The position numbers and the translations under genes were made by a program. Positions 9,676-17,092 of a DNA stretch of 17,092 nt are shown here, one piece after another (the first letter of the stretch is position 1; the number at the start of each line of letters is the position of its first letter). This stretch comes from Salpingoeca rosetta (lineage: Eukaryota > Protista > Choanoflagellata). The stretch lies in the NCBI GenBank assembly GCA_033442325.1, contig JAWQFM010000036.1, positions 602,866-619,957 on the forward strand, given 5' to 3'. The notes under the pieces were generated by a model. It saw only the letters and a list, made by a program, of their open reading frames with translations, did not search any database and was not told the origin of the DNA.

Positions 9676-10639
9676 TACAACTGCGGTTAGCTTCCGAGGG
9701 TCCTGCGGTCGACCCCTGATGAGGTGGTAGGGATGATGCAGAGACGCGTTGTGTTTGTGTTTGAGGAGTTCTTCAAGTCTCTCTCCACCCAAGTGCACAC
9801 AGGTGAGGGAGTGAGTCATTGGGACAGGAGGCTGTCGAGTGAGTGTGGCGACGTTCGTGGTGTAGTGTGTGCGTTGCTTGCTTGTTCTCGTGTCCATTCA
9901 ACCACTCTCACCATCTGCCAACTCGTGTGTCTTGTCTGCGCTTTTTGCTGCTGTCAGCGCTGGAGTCTGCCAGGATCAACCTGTTTAGTGGCGAGAACGC
10001 GTGGCAGGTGTGTGTGTGTGTATGTGTGTCAGTGTGTGTGTCGACGTCCGTGTTCTCTTCTCCACCCACCCACACGCCATCATCACCACCTCCTCATTTT
10101 CTTGTGTGGTTGCTCACATCCTTCCCTCCTTCCCATCCTCACCACCACTATCACCACCCACCACCCTTCTCGTTTTGTTCTCTTTCTTTCTGCTGTCGCC
10201 ACACAGAGGGCCCTTTGAGCCAGCAGCTGTCACCCTCCCCCTCCCTCCATCAACCACCACTGCTGTGGTGGGATGAACAGACGGGCGCTGCCATGTGATG
10301 ACCATCCAGCCACGCTGTGCGGCTGCGGAAGCAGCAACACCAACACAGACCACAAACAAGCAAGCGATGAGCAACGTGAGTGCATCACTGCACGTGTGTG
10401 TGTGTGTGATGCGCACAGCACCAGTGTGCGTGTTTTGTGGTCGCTGTCTCTGCTGCTCCTGCCTCCCCTCGTTGTCCCACATGAATGTGCATGCATGTGT
10501 GTGGTGCGGCTGCTTGTTTTGCCTGGCTTGATGCGCCGTCTCCCTCGTCGTTCTCACACACGACTGCCTGCACACCTGCACATTCTCCACCTTGCAGCTG
10601 CTGCTTATATTCCCCTCTCTTTCTCGCCCTCCCTGGCAG

Positions 10640-11903
10640 CCATCACAACAACAACAACAGCCAACACACCCTCCACCGCCAATGCAGCAGCAGCAGCAGC
10701 AGCACCACCACCACCACCGCTTGCCGCTGAACACATCCCTCCAACCAACCAACCAACCAACCAACCCATCGCCCGCTGCTTGCAGCTGCAGATGCGACAG
10801 CACAAGTTGCATTTTCGGCTGGAAGCGGCAGCAGCAGAGGTGAGGGAAGGCGAAGATATGTGTTGGCTGGATGGATGGATGAGGTGGGGTGGGGTGGGGG
10901 ATGCTGGGTGAGTGTGGTGTGGTGTGGTGTGGCTGATGACAGAGGACGATGGTGTGTGGTGGTGGTGAGGAAGAGGGATGGATGGAATGGATGGGTTACA
11001 GCATGTCTTGTTCCTTCCCTTCTGTTTTCTGTTTTCTCTCTCTCTTCCCTTTCTTCTCTCCTTCACACAAATGCATGCAGAACATCAGCAGTGGCATCAG
11101 CGGTGTAGCTGCGCACATATCCATGCTCCCTCTTTCCCTTCCACTCACTCACCATGCTGGTGCTCGCACACAACCACACTCACAGGTGATGCACACGCAC
11201 AAGCAGCAGGATGAGGAAATGTCGAGGATACTTGTCACGCGTGCCAGCTGCACTCGCCCCACACATGGTATGTGGGTGGTGATGAGTGGTTGGTTGGTTG
11301 TGTGATGGAGTGTGGGGATGGGGTTGTGGTGATGGTGTGAAGTGAACAAGAGGAAGAGGGGTTGATGGGGGGATGATGGACACACACATCGACACACACG
11401 CACACACACGCACATGGTGCGTGTGACGTCCATCACTCGTTCTGCTGCGCTGACGTGATGGCTTGCTCTGTGCCTGTTGTGTTCTGTTCCCATCCACGGT
11501 CCCTGCAACCACGCACATGCACAGGTGGTGAGGTACCAGCACACATCACTTGGAAGCGGGCTAGCATGCTGGCTGCTGCTGGTGCAACTTCCCCGATTCG
11601 GCTGCCGTCGCTGTGTTCATGCAGTGTTCCCATATGTGTGAGCAAGGTGAACCCATCACGCATGATTTGGTTGGCACATGGTGCATGTGTTGTTGTTGCT
11701 GCTGCTGTGCCTGGTGCAGCAGTGTAGCTGTGCAGCTCACATGCGATATGTGTGTGCGCTTGTGGCTGCAGGGGAGCGACTGCGTGAGGATCGTTGGAGG
11801 ATGATGAGCGGGTGCACACACGATGGAATGGGAGGAGCAGCTGTGGACACACACGTCCATGGTCATGGTGGGCACATCCAACCACAGCGACGCAGTCATG
11901 TGC

Positions 11904-11954
<51 letters not shown>

Positions 11955-14330
11955 GTGGGGTGAGGGGGAAAAGCAGAGGAGGGGACGGAAGGTGAACACG
12001 TCTGCTGTGCTCACATGCCATGCCTGTGCCTTGTGTGTGATGATATCGTTGTGTCTTGTCGTTGCGTGTTGGTTGCATGGGCACCAGGGCCACATCACAG
12101 GAGGGCAAGGAAGCCGCCATGAATGACACACATCATCATCATCATCATCAACCCTTCCCCATTTCCCTCCTCTTCTACCTCAGCTCGGCCGTCATCACCG
12201 CCCTCACCACGACCATCGACGGCACAGCCGCCATCACACCCGGCCGACACCAGCCCCAATCTGGCGTGAGGCAGACATTGCACATATCAGTCGCTCTGAT
12301 GAAGAGGTGAGCAGTGTGCGTATGCGTGCATGGTGATGAGCGGGGACAACATGTGTGCGTGCGTGTGGATGTGTGTAAGTGCGCGTGGTTTGATGGGTTT
12401 GGCGTGTGGTTGATGATGCTTCGCTATCAACCTAACCCCTGCATTCTCTCCCATCTTGTGTCTGTGCACACACAATTCACAGCGTTGAGGAGGCGCATGA
12501 AGCGGTGGAACCAACGACGATGATGAAGGTGAGAGGCCGACTGAGATGTGTGTGCGTGTGCGTGTTGGTTGACATGTTGTGTTTCCTTCTTCGCCTCCCT
12601 CTTTCCTTGTCTGTTCTGTCCACTCATGTGTCTTTTCTTCTTCTTCTCCTCCTTTTCGATTGATTTGGACACAGGGCCATGCATCCCGTCTCCGTCCAAC
12701 CGACCAAGCAAAGCAGCCGAGCGAGCAAGCAAAGGACACGGCGTGGCAAGGGGCCGTTTGTTTTCGCCGTTTCCACCACCAGCAACAACAGCAACAACAA
12801 CAGCTGATGATGTGTGGCTGCATTTGGATGCACTGGCCCTCTGTCTCTCGTCCATCTCCACCTGCTCTTCGTCGTCATTGGTCACCAACAGCAGCGACTG
12901 CGACCGTGGATGTGGAGGTGAGATGAATGATGGTGGTGTTGGTGACGTGGGTGGCGTGTGATGTGTTGGGTGTGAACAACAGCATGTATATGTGTGTGAT
13001 TGTGAAGCGCTGGTTGGATGTCGTTGAGCCTGTTGGTGCTGGTGGCGATGGGTGTTGCTGTCGTTGACAGCCTGATTCTGCGACAACTCACCGCTTTCTC
13101 CACGCGCACACACACACAGGGTGTGATGTGCGTCGATGTGCCGTTGCCTCGCGTGACGACGCTGCTGGTGGTGGTGAGTGATTTGTGGTGGATGTACACG
13201 GCGCACGCACACGCATGTGCAGGTGTGCTGCTTGTGGTGGTGGTCGTGGTGGTGGTGTCTGTCTGTGGACATGTGACATGTGCGTGCACAGGTGATGATG
13301 TGGGTGATGTGAATGTGGCAAAGGAGGTGGATGTGGTTTGTTTCTGCCATGCTGGCTCACTGCGTCGTGTTGTTGTTGCTGATTTGGTTGTTTGTGCTTG
13401 CGCATGTGCACATGTGTGTGATTTGCACAGGGCAGTGGCCGATCTCTTCCCAAGCCCTCATGACACGACCAGGGCGATACACGCACACACAAATGTGCCA
13501 GAGAAGAAGGCACGAGGTGAGACGCTGGGGCTGTGTGTGTGTGTGTGCGGTAGTTCTCATTCGCACGTACACGCACGCATGTACACATACATTCCAACAC
13601 ACCAGAGCAGTCATTGGCTGTGGGGTGGTTGCACTGACGTGCGTCTCACATGAACCAATCACACAACTCAAATGTGCGTGTGCATGTGTGCGTGGCTGTA
13701 GGCGGACGTATGCGGGTTTCCCCAACCGATTTCCTTCTTTCTTTTCCCAACAAATCGCCATTGCTCTGTGTCATCATCATCATCAGCCTTCCCCATGCGA
13801 TGTGCAGCTGTTGAGGCGTGATCGAGACAGCGGCCAACCCAGGTATCGCAGCAATGGTGAATGTGCTGGATGTGGTGATATTTTGTACTTGCTTGCTCGC
13901 TTGCTTGCTTGTTGGGTGCTTGCTTCGTTGTTCTTGTGTGTAGGTGATGCACCCCGCCCACAACAAGCTGCATATTCCCATGCGTGGTCCCTTGTGTCCC
14001 TCCTTGTTGTCCTCACCTTCACCGGTCGGTGTTCGTCTCTGGTTGGTTTCTTCTTGCCTCACAGGCAGGCACGCAGGGCAGGCAGGCATCTTGCTGCTGA
14101 GCTGCTGTGATGATGGCCGTGCGTGTGCCTGTGCGCTGTGCACGGTGTTTGGGGCTGCACCGATAAAGACAAGGAAGGACACGGCCCGTGCCCACCACTC
14201 TTCCCCTTTCATCTCCCCTTTCTGCTCCATCAGCGATGACGATGGTGGCCGTGGCATGTGATTGCGGTTCCTTTTTCTGGCTTCGCTGTGGCCCATCGGC
14301 TGGCTGTCTGGCTGGCTGCATCAAGCACAG
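10640..14330 (+). other. Possible multi-exon gene(s) or remnants of unknown function
   Basis: There are repeated plus-strand donor-like sites (AG|GTGAG near 10839, 12307, 12528, 13517, 14330; AG|GTGTGT at 11906) and pyrimidine-rich CAG acceptors (12183, 12482, 12673, 13430). 12184-12306, 12483-12527 and 12674 onward can be joined in frame (..LMKSVEEAHEAVEPTTMMKGHASRL..). No family recognised. Confidence 0.3.
11906..11953 (+). repeat. (GT)n microsatellite following CAG|GT
   Basis: Read directly. Confidence 0.93.
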
Positions 14331-14741
14331 GTGAGGATGATTGTTGGCGGTTGGTTGCTTGGTTGGTTGGGTTGTGTTGAGTGGTGGGAATCAGGGCAAA
14401 GGGGAAAGTGACACGGTGGTGGTGATGGTGATGATGGGGCGACGTGGGAGTGCAGAGCGAAAGGAGGGAGAGGGAAGGGAGGGATGGAGGGCGGATGATG
14501 TTGGTTGGGGGATGGGGGTGCGTGTGCACATGCACGTGATGTCGTGTGGTGGTAATATCACATGACAGTGACACACACGTCAGTGGCTCATTCCTTTTGC
14601 TTGTACCTGTGTGTGATTGTGATTGTGATGATGACTGCAGTGGGCAACACACGGCGGTGATGCTGGATTGGATTGGCTGGGGTTGACTGGCCGTCGTGTC
14701 GTGTCGCCCATATCTCTCCCTCCCTCCGTTGCTCATCTCAA

Positions 14742-14841
14742 NNNNNNNNNNNNNNNNNNNNNNNNNNNNNNNNNNNNNNNNNNNNNNNNNNNNNNNNNNN
14801 NNNNNNNNNNNNNNNNNNNNNNNNNNNNNNNNNNNNNNNNN
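14742..14841. other. Assembly gap (100 N, probably a placeholder size)
   Basis: Run of exactly 100 n. Confidence 1.
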
Positions 14842-15680
14842 CGATGCACGAGGTGAGGGCATGCCAATGCTGTGTGTGTTTTTGGTGGAAGGGATTGAGG
14901 GGAAGTGGGAGGAAGGCGTTCATCATGGCCCATCATCACCACCACGGTTGTGCACCTGGTCATGTGACCGTGCATTTGGGGGATGGAGATGAGGGGAGAG
15001 ATGTTGTGGTTGTAATGCTTGTGGTGGTTGTGTTTTGCATTGCTGTGTATGCGTGCATGGTGCACTGTCTCACTCTGCAATGCCATGTTTGACTGTGTGT
15101 GTGTGTGTGACTGCAGATGTGCGTGCGTGTGTGCCAGGCAGATGCGTTGATCGACGACGAGGTGTGTGTGGTTGACCTTTGTGTCCTTGTGCCATCACAA
15201 CACGCACAAAACAGCAAGCACATCATCATCACCACCGCCCCATGTGTTGTTGTTATTATCCCATCACGCATGACATGCTCACATGCACCCCCTCTTTGCT
15301 TCTTCTCCTTCTTCCTCCTCTCCTGCTGCTGCCACCCCTTCCACTGTTTCCCTCCACTTCCTTTTCACACACGCAGAGAGAGGAACCCATCCACATCCAA
15401 CACCCATGCCCACACGCATGCCACGCCATTGCGAGCTGTGCCACCTCAACCAACCCAACTCAACCCAGGCCAAGGAAAGGAAGGGGGAGCAAGGACACAA
15501 GACGTTATGCTCCCAACAGATGTGTGTGCGTGTGCGTGTTGATGGACGGCGTTCTCCTCCCCCCCCCTCCATCGCAGCGCCTCTTTCTTCCATGGCGATC
15601 TGGCTGGGTGGCTGTTGCCCCCTCCCCCTTGTTTGTTTTCTCTTCCAGCCCTTTGTGGCTGTTGGTTGTCTGTTGTGGCT

Positions 15681-16351
15681 NNNNNNNNNNNNNNNNNNNN
15701 NNNNNNNNNNNNNNNNNNNNNNNNNNNNNNNNNNNNNNNNNNNNNNNNNNNNNNNNNNNNNNNNNNNNNNNNNNNNNNNNNNNNNNNNNNNNNNNNNNNN
15801 NNNNNNNNNNNNNNNNNNNNNNNNNNNNNNNNNNNNNNNNNNNNNNNNNNNNNNNNNNNNNNNNNNNNNNNNNNNNNNNNNNNNNNNNNNNNNNNNNNNN
15901 NNNNNNNNNNNNNNNNNNNNNNNNNNNNNNNNNNNNNNNNNNNNNNNNNNNNNNNNNNNNNNNNNNNNNNNNNNNNNNNNNNNNNNNNNNNNNNNNNNNN
16001 NNNNNNNNNNNNNNNNNNNNNNNNNNNNNNNNNNNNNNNNNNNNNNNNNNNNNNNNNNNNNNNNNNNNNNNNNNNNNNNNNNNNNNNNNNNNNNNNNNNN
16101 NNNNNNNNNNNNNNNNNNNNNNNNNNNNNNNNNNNNNNNNNNNNNNNNNNNNNNNNNNNNNNNNNNNNNNNNNNNNNNNNNNNNNNNNNNNNNNNNNNNN
16201 NNNNNNNNNNNNNNNNNNNNNNNNNNNNNNNNNNNNNNNNNNNNNNNNNNNNNNNNNNNNNNNNNNNNNNNNNNNNNNNNNNNNNNNNNNNNNNNNNNNN
16301 NNNNNNNNNNNNNNNNNNNNNNNNNNNNNNNNNNNNNNNNNNNNNNNNNNN
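15681..16351. other. Assembly gap (671 N)
   Basis: Run of n. Confidence 1.
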
Positions 16352-17092
16352 CACACCATGGATGTGTGCAGGGCACACAGGCATGCAAGGCGTTGCTCAC
16401 GGTCGGTGAGGGTGACATAGATGATGGACAGGCCCATGCCACTCTGACATCCTGAGTGTGGGTGAGTTCTGTCATTTAGACAGAGAACGACGTCGGTGGG
16501 TGTCGGCAGTGTTTTCGTGTTGAGGGAGGGAGGTGGGACGTGGCTGTGGTGGGATGTTGTGATCTCACACGCACTCCCTGTTGCTGTGGATGCATGTTGC
16601 TCAGGCACACACAGAGGGATGATGGGCTGCATCGACCCACACACATGAGTGTGTGAACACACACACACACGCACACGCTGACAGACAGTCTGATGCCCAC
16701 CTCACGGTGCGTTGCACAAACATGTGCGTGACTGTGTGTGACTGTGTGCATGTCGTTCTTGCTGTGTCTGCTTGTGATTCACACTGTGTGTGTGTGTGTG
16801 GTGGCTGCTTGCTTCCCCCTGTCTCACACACATGTGTAGGTATGGATGCTAACACACACAGACAGACAGGCAGTGAGTGGGTGGTTGGGCAGACGCACAT
16901 CCCCGCACAGGCAACCAAGGCAGGCAAGGCAAGCCAGACAGGGCACACTCTTCCTTCTCTCCCTCTGCTGCCACCACCGCTGCCGCATGGGTGGACCAGT
17001 GGAAGCAAGACGTGTTGGATGACGCTGGCTTCATGATGTCCATTCCCTTGGTGTGTGTATGTGTGTGAGTGTCAGCACTGCTACGGCTCCAG

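Larger units (their letters stand above)
8309..10218 (+). pseudogene. Exostosin family (GT47, EXT1/EXT2-like) glycosyltransferase; multi-exon, 5'-truncated, frameshifted
   Basis: Exons: 8309-8433 (HRDGLDVSMPLFS../..RKYLV); 8626-8691 (HSDAMRNHLPKLHNDR); 8857-~9042 (DIVLVCACRW../..YDPSCKQAEEEFNKYTYTELALETKFGLIVEGFGYH); ~9195-9281 ([15 protein letters not shown]); 9455-9521 ([22 protein letters not shown]); 9691-9802 (LPRVLRSTPDEVVGMMQRRVVFVFEEFFKSLSTQVHT); 9958-10007 (ALESARINLF); 10207-10218 (RAL*). The motif order matches the EXT1 GT47 domain (DVSIPLF, RKY, R-N-x-L-x2-HN, F-x-L-x3-G, G-x-IPV, LPF-x3-DW). Confidence 0.88.

Noticed and set aside
1590-10218. Programmed frameshifting or RNA editing as a way to express these broken genes
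   Set aside because: The lesions are heterogeneous (indels, motif deletions, lost acceptors, a duplication, missense changes at conserved sites) with no shared signal. Decay or assembly error is simpler.
1-17092. Transposase, reverse transcriptase, telomeric repeat, tRNA or rRNA
   Set aside because: No such motifs or structures were recognised by eye on either strand. The gaps could hide them.

Overview
Eukaryotic, intron-rich, GC-rich draft-assembly DNA with three N gaps. The introns are packed with (GT)n/(CA)n tracts, a style that suggests a choanoflagellate such as Salpingoeca rosetta (inference, not verified). After manual splicing, 1.6-10.2 kb reads as a patchwork of four decayed, partial genes for mostly secreted, surface or glycan-related proteins. 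These are (i) a minus-strand furin-like/TNFR-like cysteine-rich repeat protein with a possible SEA-like segment, (ii) a minus-strand signal peptide + WSC + GH3 (beta-xylosidase-like) gene lacking its C-terminal half, (iii) a plus-strand fragment of about three 'W-x-GGVLA-x-NG-x-IYGIP...ILIIDP' propeller-like repeats, and (iv) a plus-strand exostosin (GT47, EXT1/EXT2-like) gene lacking its 5' part. All four carry frameshifts, and some have lost splice sites or motifs. The region 10.3-17 kb has plus-strand splice-like signals but no protein I can identify. I see no RNA genes, CRISPR array or transposase. Most ORFs in the supplied track are microsatellite or gap artefacts. I found no intact novel system. 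The best leads are the gene-fragment mosaic, the WSC-GH3 architecture and the polarity of the intron repeats.
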